Part shown: positions 1 to 11,271 of the stretch, in pieces
Layout of the letters: each line of letters opens with the position of its first letter
Numbering within the stretch: position 1 is the stretch's first letter
Assembly (NCBI GenBank): GCA_965223425.1
Contig: OZ245003.1
Span: 2,304,001-2,368,000, forward strand
Source: Nitrosopumilus sp.
GTDB lineage: Archaea; Thermoproteota; Nitrososphaeria; Nitrososphaerales; Nitrosopumilaceae
DNA length: 64,000 nt
Reading direction: 5' to 3'
The notes under the pieces: generated by a model
What the model was told of the DNA's origin: nothing
Database searches by the model: none
The model's input: the letters and a program-made list of their open reading frames with translations, nothing else
Program-made: the position numbers and the translations under genes

Positions 1-16
1 GACACGTATCATTAAA

Positions 17-440
17 TTAATCAACAGTCTCGCCTTCTTTTGATTTGCATTTATTTTTTGCATAAACCTTGCATTTAGGAATGACTAGTTTGGAACGCTT
101 TGCTTTTATTATTTCCTCACAAGAACCATTCACTTCCAATATACCAATACCTAAATTTTTAAAGATGGCTCTGTCTATATTTGGAATTGTTTTATGCCAT
201 AAAGCGACATAAGAATAATCAGATACATACAGATTAGTGTAAGCTTGTTGGAGAGCCTTTTTCCAATTACTGATTTTCACTTCAATTGAAATCATTTTTT
301 GATTTTTTAAAGTAACCATTGTCTATTCTTTTTCTACTTGTATTCCATTTTCCTATTGGAACTTCATAATAGAACATCTTTTTTGCAAAAGGGCCGGTAT
401 TCTCAATTTGATGATACAAATCTTTTTCTTTTAGATTCAC
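17..440 (-). pseudogene. PD-(D/E)xK nuclease-like protein, single frameshift near 320
   Basis: GTG at 440 gives VNLKEKDLY...YEVPIG...RKRID; one extra A shifts into ORF 17..319 (MV...IEVKISNWKKALQQA...YSYVAL...GIGILEV). E...D...ExK spacing is typical of the fold. May be a sequencing error. Confidence 0.6.
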
Positions 441-1093
441 GGTAATCCTCCTTTAAGTTCAGCAATCTGTGCCTTAAATGAAGCGTTAATGGAAATAAAT
501 TTTCTTACAAAAATACCTAGGAATATTACCAATATTGTTAAAATAATTGAATCTAAAATTATTGCCTGAAATATACTAGACCTTATGCGTAATCGATCAA
601 ACTAATATTGCTAGATGATTTTTACCTTAGTAAACCAATTTGATTTTGAATTCTTAGTCGATTACGCATAAGGTCTACTTATTCCAAATGTATTGTAAAT
701 AGAATTTATAAAAATTTCATTTATTGTAATGAATGTTATAATCACGAGTACTATACTCACAGTTATTTTGAGTGACAAGTCCAACATTAGCAAAATACTT
801 CCCTTCATCTCATTGACTTTGTTGAATTGGAATAATTTTGTTCGATATTCAGATAATTTCATTACGACTTCAGGAGTATTGAAAAATTCATTGGGCTTAT
901 ATTTTCCTCTTTTACCGCCAAGAATTTCTCCTAAAATAGGATCTAGAGTATATTTTCTGACATGTTCATATGTACTTGCAACATCTGTATCAAGTTTGTC
1001 TTGTTTACTATCTACCATTTTAAACAATACAATTGCAGCCCCTGCAAATATTGGAAGTAACGCTAGAAAAAAACCTGTTTCACTTGAAATCAT
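437..1093 (-). pseudogene. Membrane protein (184 aa when restored) interrupted by a 99-bp MITE
   Basis: Removing 578..676 plus one ACT joins ...NTFGIS to IFQAIILDSIILTILVIFLGIF...KGGLP*; the stop overlaps the GTG of the next gene (GTGA). Confidence 0.75.
578..676. mobile_element. 99-bp MITE, IS5-family (DDE_Tnp_4 type) ends
   Basis: Perfect 19-bp TIR AGACCTTATGCGTAATCGA, 3-bp ACT duplication; TIR resembles the AGACTTTATGC ends at 3727, 4230, 49410 and 52470. Confidence 0.9.
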
Positions 1094-1542
1094 TATGATT
1101 CTAATACTCTACCCAATATTTCTGATTTTACAGTAAAATCTGGATATGTTGTGTACACATACTTAAGAAGATCATTCAATTTTTCTTTACCGTATGTTTC
1201 TTTGATGCTTGATATGCGTTTTCTCATATCCTCACTAACTCTCTCAAATGTTTTCTTTTCAAGGAATCGTATTCCTTTGTGGGTAATTTCATATTTTTTC
1301 CCAGCTTTTTCTTCTATCATGCCAACAGATTTCAAAAAATCTAATTCATCATAAATTTCCATTGATAAAGGACCGAATCGGTCTGGCCCAAAATCAAACT
1401 TTACTGTTGTGGTATTTGATTTATCTAAAACCTCTTTTTGCGTTAGAAACACTAATTTTTCAAATCTAGTTATACCAGTAATTGGATATTTATTATCGCC
1501 ATTAAGTAATAGAAGAATTAAATCTGATTTTTTCAAAGCCAT
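1093..1542 (-). CDS. Panacea/SocA/YwgA-like (DUF4065-related) winged-helix antitoxin-type protein
   Basis: ITGITRFEKLVFL...FGPDRFGPLS...YEITHKG...LLKYVYTTYP motif set. Confidence 0.65.
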   Translation of the reverse strand: MALKKSDLILLLLNGDNKYPITGITRFEKLVFLTQKEVLDKSNTTTVKFDFGPDRFGPLSMEIYDELDFLKSVGMIEEKAGKKYEITHKGIRFLEKKTFERVSEDMRKRISSIKETYGKEKLNDLLKYVYTTYPDFTVKSEILGRVLES

Positions 1543-1580
1543 TATTGATCGATCTGTTATATGTTATCTTTTATAGATTA

Positions 1581-1671
1581 TGAAGTTATCGTGTGTTGGG
1601 TATGAGCTATGAGTTTCTCTGAATTGAAAATTTTCTCTTAACACATGTTAACACATGATAACTTCAGAGCC
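1581..1671. mobile_element. ~90-bp MITE-like element, copy 1
   Basis: 17-bp TIR TGAAGTTATC(G/A)TGTGTT; closely similar inverted copy at 30592..30688. Confidence 0.7.
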
Positions 1672-1778
1672 TGTGGGATCCCAAAAGTAGTATACCCCCC
1701 CCCCTACGATCTGACATCATATTCCTCACCTGTCTGCTCGTCAATAACAATGTCGGCGTGTCTGGATGCTCCAGGCTT

Positions 1779-2993
1779 TAGTGTGTTGCATAACTCGGCC
1801 TGACCACATCCCGTTCGTCCCAGGATCCATGCACCTGCTCCCCTACATTGCTGCTGCCACCCACCGGTTGTACATGGCAACCCTCATCCTTACCTCTCTT
1901 ACCATGCTCTCCCATTTGCGTGAGAGCAGATGCTCTCCGAACATACGCTTGAATGCGGAGATGATTATCTCTATTCTCCACCTTTTGCCGTACCCTACAG
2001 TCGACTTCCAGTATCTTCTGTTCTCCTTTTTCTGTTCCGCTGTCCGTCCCTTGACGTGCATGTCTGCGCTGCCTCCCAGCTGCTCTTTCACGGCCCGGTT
2101 CCACGCCTTGCCGTCATCGCCCCTGCCGCTCTCAGTAAAGCACGGTTTGAGGGGCACAAGCGGCTCGATGCCCTTCCTCCTGCACGCATTCATGTTTTTC
2201 TTGGAGGCGTACGCGCCGTCGGCAAGCAGGCTGGCACTTGGCACTTCTTCTTCTTCTTCTTCCCTGCCGCCTGCCGAACCGGCAAGCGGAGAGACTCCGT
2301 CTGCAAGCATGTTTGGCCTCTTTCTCGCATCGTCCTTCCCGGCCTTGGCAAACGGTTCGGCTGCTGCCTGATCCAGCAGATCCCGCAGTACCGGCGAGTC
2401 GCCGGTTCTGTCGTATGTGACTACGGCAGCCAGTATCATGCCGGTGTCCGCATCTGCCGGCAGGTGCATCTTGACATACCCCCTGCGCACCACCACCTTC
2501 CACTTGTCGCGTATCCATTCTCCGCGGTTCCACTGTCTGAGTCCGGTGGCATCGGCCACCAGGGTTACGTGCCGGGATGTATCATGAACGTATATGGCGT
2601 TGCCGTGAATGCTAATGTCAAATTTCTCCATTCTTCTGCACATGTGGTATAGTGCGGCGAGTCGTGCCCCTCAAGCATCTTGTCTGCCATCCCGGACAGC
2701 TGCCTGAATGGAACGCCGAGGGCGGTTCTCAGTGCGGCTGTCATATGATCATGGTGTCTGCATACTGGAACTGGGCCCCCTCCTTCTTGCCGCAGTTGGC
2801 CTGCCCTACCTCGCAGCTCCAGTCAGGGTTGTACTGCACCACCAGCTCTGCACCACGCCGTACGTACTTTGCATTATCGGTCAACACTTGGAGCATGCTG
2901 TCATGATCTAAAGCTTTTTCGGTCAGAAACATGTGTGTTTGTTGGTCAGCTTAAACTGCGTTGTAGATTTTAGGCGTGTTATGCAACAAGCTA
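1779..2993 (-). mobile_element. IS5-family element type A, frameshifted transposase
   Basis: TIR TAG-TGTTGCATAAC at both ends; DDE motifs VADATG, LADGAY, RWRIEIIISAFK; ORF split (2932-2741, 2643-1843); second copy at 23162. Confidence 0.88.
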
Positions 2994-3305
2994 CCCAGCT
3001 GGACTGCGCGCACCAGCCAGTTGTGCACGGTCGTGTACGGCCTGTTGACTGCCCTGGCTATCCCGTGCACGGACACTCCATCCTTTCTCAGCACGTATGC
3101 CATGAGCCTGCCCCGTACCTTGGGGTTCTTCTCGCTTTTGTGGCACTTGAGCAGGTATGCCCTGCTGGTGCACGGCAAGAAGCGGCTCCCTGCCGATATC
3201 ATTGGATCTTTTGTATTCATGCCATGCGTGGGCCGTACTACGATCTAGATCCTTTGGTCGGTAATTGTTGGCATTTTAGTTGATTATGAGTCACGCATAC
3301 TACGT
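2994..3305 (-). pseudogene. IS630 transposase N-terminal fragment truncated by IS5
   Basis: EKNPKVRGRLMAY...YTTVHNWL homologous to 31506..32057. Confidence 0.75.
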
Positions 3306-3307
3306 CC

Positions 3308-3667
3308 GTGTCAAGCAGCGCACCAGAATCATTTGGCCTTGGCAATACCACCGTGATGTGGACTGCCACTGACTCTGCTGGCAACTCTGCATCGTATCCG
3401 CAGATAGTGACAGTGTGCGACACAACCCCGCCGGTCATGCCGGCCATTGACAGCATCAGGATGGAGTTCAGCATATATGTAGAGCGCATCGTCACGTACG
3501 TAGTGCCGACAGCCTTGGATACGGTGGATGCAGACGTTGAGGTTTTATGCGTGCCAGCATCAGGATCCGTCTTTCCCTATGGAGCCAGTCCGGTGGAATG
3601 CACGGCCACAGACGACAGTGGCAACTCTGACACCACGAGGTTTTACGTGTTCGTGAGTGGCAATTAG
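3308..3667 (+). pseudogene. C-terminal HYR-domain fragment of a surface protein
   Basis: FGLGNTTVMWTATDSAGN...DTTPP and SGSVFPYG...CTATDDSGN HYR repeats; 5' end cut by IS630. Confidence 0.75.
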
Positions 3668-3726
3668 GCATCTGCACACTGCTAATATCCTCTAACGTGT
3701 CGGGTGTTCTGTATTTGCCCAACAAT

Positions 3727-4230
3727 AGACTTTATGCACAATTGAATCGTCAAAAATTTTTCCGAAAGACTTGGATCCACTTTGATCGCCACAACAGGTA
3801 ATGGAATCTCCAGAACAGACGATACACAGGCTGCAAAGGGAGCTCAAGCAAAAGGACTCGAAGAAAAGGATCAGCGCCAAGAGGATAAAGGTGGAGCACG
3901 CCACCGCCATCAGAAGAATAAAGCAGTGGGGAATAATGACAGACATGTACGACGGCACGGTAAAGGAGTTTCACGAGGAGCTGGTTGTGTGTACCGGCCT
4001 TGCGAACTTTCACCTGCTGTGGGATGCAAAGAAAAAGCGGCCGTCACTTGATTATTGACGGTATGATACTGAGTGCATGATGCACCGCAAGAGTGCGCAC
4101 TGATTTCTAATTTCTGCGAATTTACAATGATCTTTTGCATCAAAATTAAATAATTTCCTGGACTGGCTTTGTGTGTCTTGGTAGTGTGTGCTGCAGAAAA
4201 AATTTGACGGGTCAATTATGCATAAAGTCT
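3727..4230 (+). mobile_element. Internally deleted IS5-family (DDE_Tnp_4) element
   Basis: TIR AGACTTTATGCA.AATTGA both ends; left part matches 52470ff, right part matches 49035..49410. Confidence 0.88.
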
Positions 4231-4281
4231 ATTACACAGAACTTATGATCGATAGCATTTTATCTTAGGCCATTTTCATAA

Positions 4282-5292
4282 TTGATAATGACTTTAACAA
4301 AGACAATAATTCCATTGTTAATAGCAATACTATTGGTTCCTGCAGGAATTGGTAGTGTATCTGCACAGACTGTACCTGGCCAAGAAGACGAAACTGGCAA
4401 TGTTGGCCCTGTAGGAAATACAGAGGCTGATGCATATCTAGATCTCCTAAAACAACAGGATTTCTACCTAAACATGACATCAGACCAACAAGCAGCATAT
4501 GAGCAGGCTATTGATGATTATAGGGCAAATCAAGATGCATATGAAAGAAAAATACAGCAAATACTAGATGAGGCAAGTAATCTAACACTGGAGCTACAAC
4601 AAGCAGAAGAGCAAGGAGATCTTGAGCGTATTGCTCAGATTAATATGGCCAAAACTGCAATACTTGAGACATTAGAATTTTACGGCGTAGTTACAAATGA
4701 AAAACTAGACGAGAATCCAAGCTTTTGGGCTCAACGTGCAAAGGCAGCTTCTGAGCTTGCAAACAACTCACATACCACTAATGTAGCCTGTGGAGAGTTA
4801 ACCGGAGATCTAACTTGTGGTGGAGAGGATGCCATGTATAAAATGCTTGCAGATGAAAATATTATTTCAATACATACAGATGATGTAAGCCTAGAAAAGC
4901 AGGCAAGAATATGGTATCCTGTAGCCAATATTTTTGGTTTTGTTGTCAATCTCAGTGTCGCTAGTTATTCTTATGGTCCTGGTACGGTATCGACAGAAAT
5001 TGAAGACATACCTTATGCGGACAAGGTAAAGTTTTGGTCCGAAATATGTCTGACAGATGATGTCGAACATAATAAGGTAAAATACACACATGAATCTACT
5101 GAGAGACTATACACGGTATTTGGTAACATGTATCGCGATAATGACTATGGTGGCAATGGTGAAGTATTTGGCACATCTTGGCTACCTCAGTGTACAAATA
5201 TAACTCACAGTACAAGCAATAATGCACTAGATCGGGCAACGCTTTCAACTGAACTTGGCTCTACAATAACTGTTACAGGCACACATGCCTAA
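4282..5292 (+). CDS. Secreted hypothetical protein
   Basis: Signal peptide (IIPLLIAILLVPAGIGSVSA), helical N-half, beta-rich C-half; oligo-T tract after stop. Confidence 0.75.
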   Translation: MIMTLTKTIIPLLIAILLVPAGIGSVSAQTVPGQEDETGNVGPVGNTEADAYLDLLKQQDFYLNMTSDQQAAYEQAIDDYRANQDAYERKIQQILDEASNLTLELQQAEEQGDLERIAQINMAKTAILETLEFYGVVTNEKLDENPSFWAQRAKAASELANNSHTTNVACGELTGDLTCGGEDAMYKMLADENIISIHTDDVSLEKQARIWYPVANIFGFVVNLSVASYSYGPGTVSTEIEDIPYADKVKFWSEICLTDDVEHNKVKYTHESTERLYTVFGNMYRDNDYGGNGEVFGTSWLPQCTNITHSTSNNALDRATLSTELGSTITVTGTHA

Positions 5293-5580
5293 CACTCCTT
5301 TTTCTTTTATCAAATATGTGCAAATAAAAAATAAAACCAAACATCAATAATTTCTAACTAATAGTTCTACACTGTTACGTTTTGTTCTGCCATCTTGTTA
5401 TTGCGTATCTTTTCTGCCTCGTCATCAAGGCTTTGCTGCTTTACCCTCTAGATGGATATGTTTCAAAGAATGGCAACATAAGTCATCCTAGCTTTAATGC
5501 TTGAGCAATACCAAATGTTGAATGGAGAACCCATGCAACAAATTAGCCCTTTTTATTACTGATATCTACAATCAATAGTA

Positions 5581-5757
5581 ATGTACATGAATAAAAATTT
5601 CATCATAATGCCTGTGATTTTTGCATTAGGTCTATCGATATCCCTCATCATCGAGTATACTTACGACGCAAACCTTCAAACACCATTTGATATCAAAACT
5701 CAAGACGACTTGACTGAAATCGTGGATGAACTTACATCTGAAATGATTGAATCCTAA
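5581..5757 (+). CDS. Small membrane-anchored protein (58 aa)
   Basis: Hand translation MYMNKNFIIMPVIFALGLSISLII...EMIES*; below ORF-track cutoff. Confidence 0.4.
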   Translation: MYMNKNFIIMPVIFALGLSISLIIEYTYDANLQTPFDIKTQDDLTEIVDELTSEMIES

Positions 5758-5773
5758 ATATTTCTAAGTTTGA

Positions 5774-7008
5774 GGTGCTGTCCAAATTTTTCCCGGAAAT
5801 TTCCAGAAAAGCTTATAGATCATGACGAAATCCTGCTGCAAGGCTTTTGGATCACGGGCTTGGCACCACGTCAATGTCAAAACGACGAAAGAAGGGCAGG
5901 AAAAACGGACAGCATGACGCCCACGTCCGAAGGTACAGGATCCAGATGTGCCGGAACTATTCAGCATACGAGAAGAAGCGGAGGAGGGGCGAGGGCAACA
6001 AGATAGTGACGAGGATCAAAAAACTCAAAGAAATGATCCCCGCCGTCTTGGAGGGCGCCTCCAAGGACGAGACATCGGCACTATTGTGCGTGCTGGACAT
6101 GGTGTTCCGTAACCACTCGTACAGGGTTCACGTCACGTACATGGAACTGCACCCGGGTACGGTAAACGCCTACGGCCTAAAAAGGATTCCATCAAAATCG
6201 TCACTGCACAACATGGCAAAAGCGCTGTCAGGGAGGATCGAGCAGCTCGCAGGACTGCTTCTGGCACAGGCAGGAGACGACGCGCGCGGCACCGTCATAG
6301 GCGACTCGTCTGGGTTCTCCATCATGAATTACGTGGACTGGGAGGACGCCAAGAAAGGACTCGTCTCAAGGCGCGAGTTTGACAAGCTGCACGTGCTGGT
6401 GGCCCCGCACGGCATGATATCTGCGTGCGAGGTGACGTACGGCAGAAAGCACGACTCGCCGGTGTTCTGCGACATGTACGGGAGGATCCCCCGCACGGCG
6501 ACACCGGCGGCCACGTCCTGCTGGATGCGGCATACCTCTCAAGGAAGAACTGCCGTATCATTGCAGACAGCGGAAGGGAGCCGGTCATATGTCCCAAGAA
6601 GAACTCTGTTCCCAGGGGGTTTAACCCCATGGGAAAAATGCTTCGCTGGCACAGGGACGACCCGTGCGGGTTTGCAAAGGCCTACGGCCAGCGCAGCCTG
6701 GTGGAGAACACGTTTTCTGTCATGAAGGAGAGGTTCGGCGCAGTCGCCCGTGCAAGGACGGCATCCATGAGAAGGCTGCAGCTTGTCCTAAAGTGCATCT
6801 GCTACAACCTGGTCGCATAAGACTGCCGTAATGCGGAGAGGGCTTTCCCAGCGTAAGCTGTACTCCTGCTTGCCATTCTTTGGGACAAGGCAGTACCTGA
6901 TGACGGTGTCACCGGTATTCTTCTGGCATGGGCAGCACCGCCGTCTTGCCTGTTTTTGCGCAAAAATCACGAAACATGTGATCGAAATCAGTCAATTTGG
7001 ACAGCACC
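5774..7008 (+). mobile_element. IS5-family element type C, transposase frameshifted near 6495
   Basis: Perfect 15-bp TIR GGTGCTGTCCAAATT, GA on both flanks; motifs IGDSSG, LLDAAY, RSLVENTFSVMK. Confidence 0.88.
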
Positions 7009-7062
7009 GACGGAATCCAAAAATGTAAATAATTTAAAGAGTAGATCAGATGACTAAGCAAT

Positions 7063-7797
7063 ATGGGGGTTTTTGGTTTTTTAAAAATTGAAGATAAATG
7101 GCTCCTTTCAATGATAGATTCAGTACCATATATTGAGGGAATAGCCAGATTACAAAAATTTGCAATTTTGTCTTTTCATGATGTTCTCAAAAATGAAGAA
7201 TTTTTTGATGATTGGAGAGCAGATGATTTTGGCGGGTCTAGTCCGCAGTTGGCACAAAGCTTTACAAAATTAGAAAGGCGTGGTTTTATTCAAGCCATCA
7301 AAGTAATTACAGATAATGGGTATCCTGTAAATCGATACAAATTAACTGAAAAAGGAAAAGAGATGATAAGAGATTTTGTAGAAAAGCACTCATCAGAACT
7401 TGAGAAAATTAAATCCATCACTTCTAATTATTTTCAAAAACCATTAGAGATTCTTTTAAATGATGTACATCAAAAACATCCAGATCTGGCCATTAATAGC
7501 AAGATAAGAGCTGATGTGAATAAAATTACTACAGAAAATGACTCGTATCTAAATTCTCAATATGAAATTCCATTTTCTGAAGAGCTTGGAGAGATTCCAA
7601 GATCTATCGCATCTTCACAACAACATGTATTTGGAGATGAAGATTTTAGAGAGAGGTTAGCTAAATCTATCGGATTAGATAAAATGCCTGATTTGGATCC
7701 TCAATCTTTTGATCGCATTAAAGGAATACTATCTGAAAAAATTAACACAGAAGATTTTGACTCCGAAGAATTAGTCAAGGAAGTTAGGGGCTGTTGA
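7063..7797 (+). CDS. Panacea/YwgA-like protein with C-terminal extension
   Basis: IEGIARLQKFAIL...WRADDFGGSS...YKLTEKG...VHQKHP. Confidence 0.6.
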   Translation: MGVFGFLKIEDKWLLSMIDSVPYIEGIARLQKFAILSFHDVLKNEEFFDDWRADDFGGSSPQLAQSFTKLERRGFIQAIKVITDNGYPVNRYKLTEKGKEMIRDFVEKHSSELEKIKSITSNYFQKPLEILLNDVHQKHPDLAINSKIRADVNKITTENDSYLNSQYEIPFSEELGEIPRSIASSQQHVFGDEDFRERLAKSIGLDKMPDLDPQSFDRIKGILSEKINTEDFDSEELVKEVRGC

Positions 7798-7884
7798 AAA
7801 AAGCTAACGTAGATTATGCATAAGATCTACTTATCATTCCAGTGATTTTGTCATATTAAAACACAGAATTGAATTAGTATTTTT

Positions 7885-8641
7885 TTACTTGAACAAATCA
7901 AGCAATTCTTCCAAGGGCTCCATTCTTGAATTGCCTTCCTCTAATGCGCTCTTTTGTCCATCACAAATTTCTAAAAATTCTTGAGTCAGTGCTTTGTTTA
8001 GGGCCAGTTCGTGTGAAATGGTATAGTAGTTTATCGCCACTGGGAGTCAAATGATTGGTTAAATTAGCAATATCATAGCAGTCTTTCCACATTTTAGAGA
8101 GAAAGTATGAACTATCATGGGCTACCTGTAACTGCCTACTTCTAGATATGCAACCTATGATTTTTAGTGCAATTAAGAATTCTAATGACGGTACGTTGAT
8201 TGAAGCATCATTCCCAATTGGCTGTGCTTGCTGATCTTCATAAACCCAATTCCAATCTACAGTTACACTCATGTTGACTGAGTCTTCTCGTGGAGTTTCA
8301 GCAGAAATTAAATCAAAGTATATTATGTCGCCATTATTGTCTATTGGTTTGCCATAATGCAGTTCACCAAAAATTGGATCACCTATTTTATATTCTCTAA
8401 AACCATTTCCAGGAAAATATGTCTTTATCATCATGTCTTCAATCCAATTATCTGTTGGAAAAACTAAATCAACATCGCGTGATCCGAATCCATCATTATG
8501 ATAAGACCAAACTGCCCATCCGCCTATCACTGCAGGCCAATTGCCACCCTGATTAATGTTATACCATTTTGCAAATTTTTGTAATTCTATTTGACTTTTA
8601 CTTGTTAGTTCAGGTATGTATCGATCTTTTTCTAATGCCAT
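7885..8641 (-). CDS. Nucleotidyltransferase (AbiEii-like type IV toxin); probable late frameshift
   Basis: VIGGWAV...SRDVDL, VPSLEFLIALK, KDCYDI motifs. Track ORF ends 7961; removing one base near 8002 gives a helical tail ending 7885. Confidence 0.7.
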
Positions 8642-9411
8642 AACTGCTTCACCAGCGGTTCGGCAGCATAAGCTTTATCACTGCAATACAGATCTATCAG
8701 CGTTCTAAGTTTTGTGGTTATTTTTAGACCGTCTTTTTCAATAACATTGTCTTCTCTAAGTGGTAGAAACGGATACATATTAACACGTACAGTTCCTGTT
8801 GTTTCTTTTTTTTGCATCTTGTTCCAAAAGTTTTCATCTACGTAAACATTAATTGCAGGATCACGTACATATTCCGTGTAATGTTCCAGTGCCGTCGTTA
8901 GACAAAAAACGCCGCCTTCCTTTTTAAAGTATTCAATGACTTGGCTTCTGTCTGTTCCCCAGTTTCTAGATACTCGATGCGTTTCCATATTTCTAAAAGT
9001 GCTATAAAATTTGATTAATGCCACCGGAGAGATTACCCTATAGACGTTTAGTCTCTGTTTTCTGTTTTTTATTTTCTCAACAAATTTTAGTGCAACTAGC
9101 CAGTTTACAAATCCGCTAACCCTTGCCCCATGCGGTATATCCAGTTCTCGTGCCATGGGGCGTTGTTTGAAGTCTCCGTGCTCTAGCATATAGTACAGTT
9201 GAGGATATGCAACAGTTGAATGGAATGTTACCATGGTTTTAGTCAGTAGTGATCCTATTTTAATCATTTGATCACAAATTAGAGATCTCATAAGATCTTG
9301 ATTGATTGATTGTTGTAGATATACAGGATCACAAAAAAATAAGTGTAGAAGGTAGGAAAAAGATAAGAAATTAAACCCGATTAGGTTGAAAATGATCAAT
9401 ATGACGTGCAT
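8632..9411 (-). CDS. AbiEi-like antitoxin / wHTH regulator (true start probably near 9266 or 9233)
   Basis: N-terminal wHTH, then TTAL...VYVD...GLKITTKLRTLIDL; overlaps the NTase gene. Confidence 0.65.
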   Translation of the reverse strand: MHVILIIFNLIGFNFLSFSYLLHLFFCDPVYLQQSINQDLMRSLICDQMIKIGSLLTKTMVTFHSTVAYPQLYYMLEHGDFKQRPMARELDIPHGARVSGFVNWLVALKFVEKIKNRKQRLNVYRVISPVALIKFYSTFRNMETHRVSRNWGTDRSQVIEYFKKEGGVFCLTTALEHYTEYVRDPAINVYVDENFWNKMQKKETTGTVRVNMYPFLPLREDNVIEKDGLKITTKLRTLIDLYCSDKAYAAEPLVKQLWH

Positions 9412-9447
9412 AAAATTAAAAAATATGTTTTACGCAAATAATGGATC

Positions 9448-10239
9448 ATGGAACGAGATCGTTGTAAGGAAAAAGTAAGAACACTTTTTTTTAATTACTA
9501 CAATCGGGCAAATCTAACCCCGTTACATACGTCCATGATACAAAGAAAATTAGAGGACAGATATCCCCCGTGGAAGATAAGCGATACCCTCCAAAAAATG
9601 GAAAAAGAGCAAATTCTGAGGAGTATGGAAATTAAAACAAAGTACACAGGAAAAATTCGATTCTATTTTCCCGCAAAAATTGTGAGAAATTACGACGATG
9701 AAGAAAAAATAATGCTAAAAATAAAAAGAACTGCCAGTCATATTAGCAGATATTCCAGTCCAAAGATTACTGACATATTGGGAAGACATCTGCATGCTCT
9801 AGTAAAAAACGAACTCAGGGTTCAGGGGTTCAGAATCATTGATGAGGGAAGAGTAAATTCCCATAACGGCAGGCATTGGACTGAAACCAAACATAGTTTG
9901 GATCTGTTAGCCGTACATGAAAAAAAGCAACTGGCGGTGGGCGTAGAAGCTAAAAACGAACTGGACATAATGGACAGATCGGAGTTGAGAATAAAATTAA
10001 AACTATGTAAAGCATTACAGATAACTCCCATATTTGCATGTAGGTGGTTAGAGCCATACAGACAGGAAATAATGAATGGTGAGGGATTCCTTTGGCAATT
10101 TAAAACTCAGATGTTTCCCATAGGTTTTGAATCATTTGTTAAAGAAATAAAACAAAAGTTTGGATTTCCAGTCAAGGTTGCAACTGAGATTCCATGCAAG
10201 GCAGTTAAAGAATTTGAAAGTTGGGTTGAAACAAAATAA
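9448..10239 (+). CDS. wHTH + PD-(D/E)xK restriction-endonuclease-like protein
   Basis: LDLLA...VGVEAKN motif; divergent from the AbiE-like pair. Confidence 0.65.
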   Translation: MERDRCKEKVRTLFFNYYNRANLTPLHTSMIQRKLEDRYPPWKISDTLQKMEKEQILRSMEIKTKYTGKIRFYFPAKIVRNYDDEEKIMLKIKRTASHISRYSSPKITDILGRHLHALVKNELRVQGFRIIDEGRVNSHNGRHWTETKHSLDLLAVHEKKQLAVGVEAKNELDIMDRSELRIKLKLCKALQITPIFACRWLEPYRQEIMNGEGFLWQFKTQMFPIGFESFVKEIKQKFGFPVKVATEIPCKAVKEFESWVETK

Positions 10240-10284
10240 CGTATTCAAAACGCAAGGCTGCAGATCGAAAAATATGGGCAGAGT

Positions 10285-10518
10285 TTAGGAAAAATTAGTT
10301 TTTTCAATGCCTAGTTTTTCTTGCAGGCGGTTTATTTTCTTGGCATGCTGCTCCATCCTTGCGTTATCCTGGTTATCTTTAGCCTGGTTATACTTGTCCC
10401 AGGTTTTTTTTAGTTCGGACCAATCCCCACCTACGATGTAGCTAGTTTTTTCATTTTTTTTCTGAATGAATTTGAACATAATCTTTATCGCAAATTGATT
10501 TTTTCTGTCAAATGTCAA
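10285..10518 (-). CDS. Small hypothetical protein
   Basis: Helical ORF, AT-rich coding-like composition. Confidence 0.5.
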   Translation of the reverse strand: MTFDRKNQFAIKIMFKFIQKKNEKTSYIVGGDWSELKKTWDKYNQAKDNQDNARMEQHAKKINRLQEKLGIEKTNFS

Positions 10519-10554
10519 AGATTGTAAAGAGAATTGTCAATAATCAGTATTTAC

Positions 10555-10905
10555 ACAAGGCATGTCTGCCAAGATATTACAGCGCATCCACATAAACAAG
10601 ACAAACATTGAGAAGATCCACAAATGGCAAAGACAGGCAAAAAGGAAGATTTTACTCCTGGAAATGCAGGGTTTTGTCACAGTAATACCGGACGAATCGA
10701 TTTTCACATATGATCCGGTAACTGGCAAAAAATACTTGACGCCGCACACGATGACCTTCTTGTGCTTCCTGTTGTACTGCGTGACGACAAGTTCTCCCCT
10801 AAGCGACTAGGATGCAGACGGCCGCAAGTTCTTTCGTACATGCGTGGGCAGGTTTGACAGGTATGCGGAAATGGTGCCCATTGACAATACGCTATCACTT
10901 GACGC
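10555..10905 (+). pseudogene. Degraded IS630 transposase remnant
   Basis: SAKILQRIHIN...DESIF homologous to 20651..21670; broken frame. Confidence 0.75.
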
Positions 10906-11271
10906 CATAATTTGACATCATGCTAGGCTGTAGAAAAATGCATTTGTTGACATGCACAAAAATCGGACAGGTTCTTTGCATGTCCTTTGTCTTCTGCGTG
11001 TCATGATTCAAAAATTAAAATCAATCAGCTAAATCAAATCTCATTTAATTAAACTGGAATTAAATCACTTGCATGAGACATGTATCCCAATAAAATTCAA
11101 CTTGGATCAAATTTTATTAATTTTAAGGAAGATTCAGAAAGGTAACCCATGGCAATACATTCTAAAAAGAATACTTTGGGAGAAGAGCAACTTTGAGGGA
11201 ATGACAGCTCATAAATGATTCACATAACAGTCAGAGAAACAATCCTAGAATGAAAACCTTAGAATAGCTGA

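Noticed and set aside
1766-2652. Long antisense ORFs over transposases, S8 protease and slaA
   Set aside because: Shadow frames of real genes; no motifs of their own.
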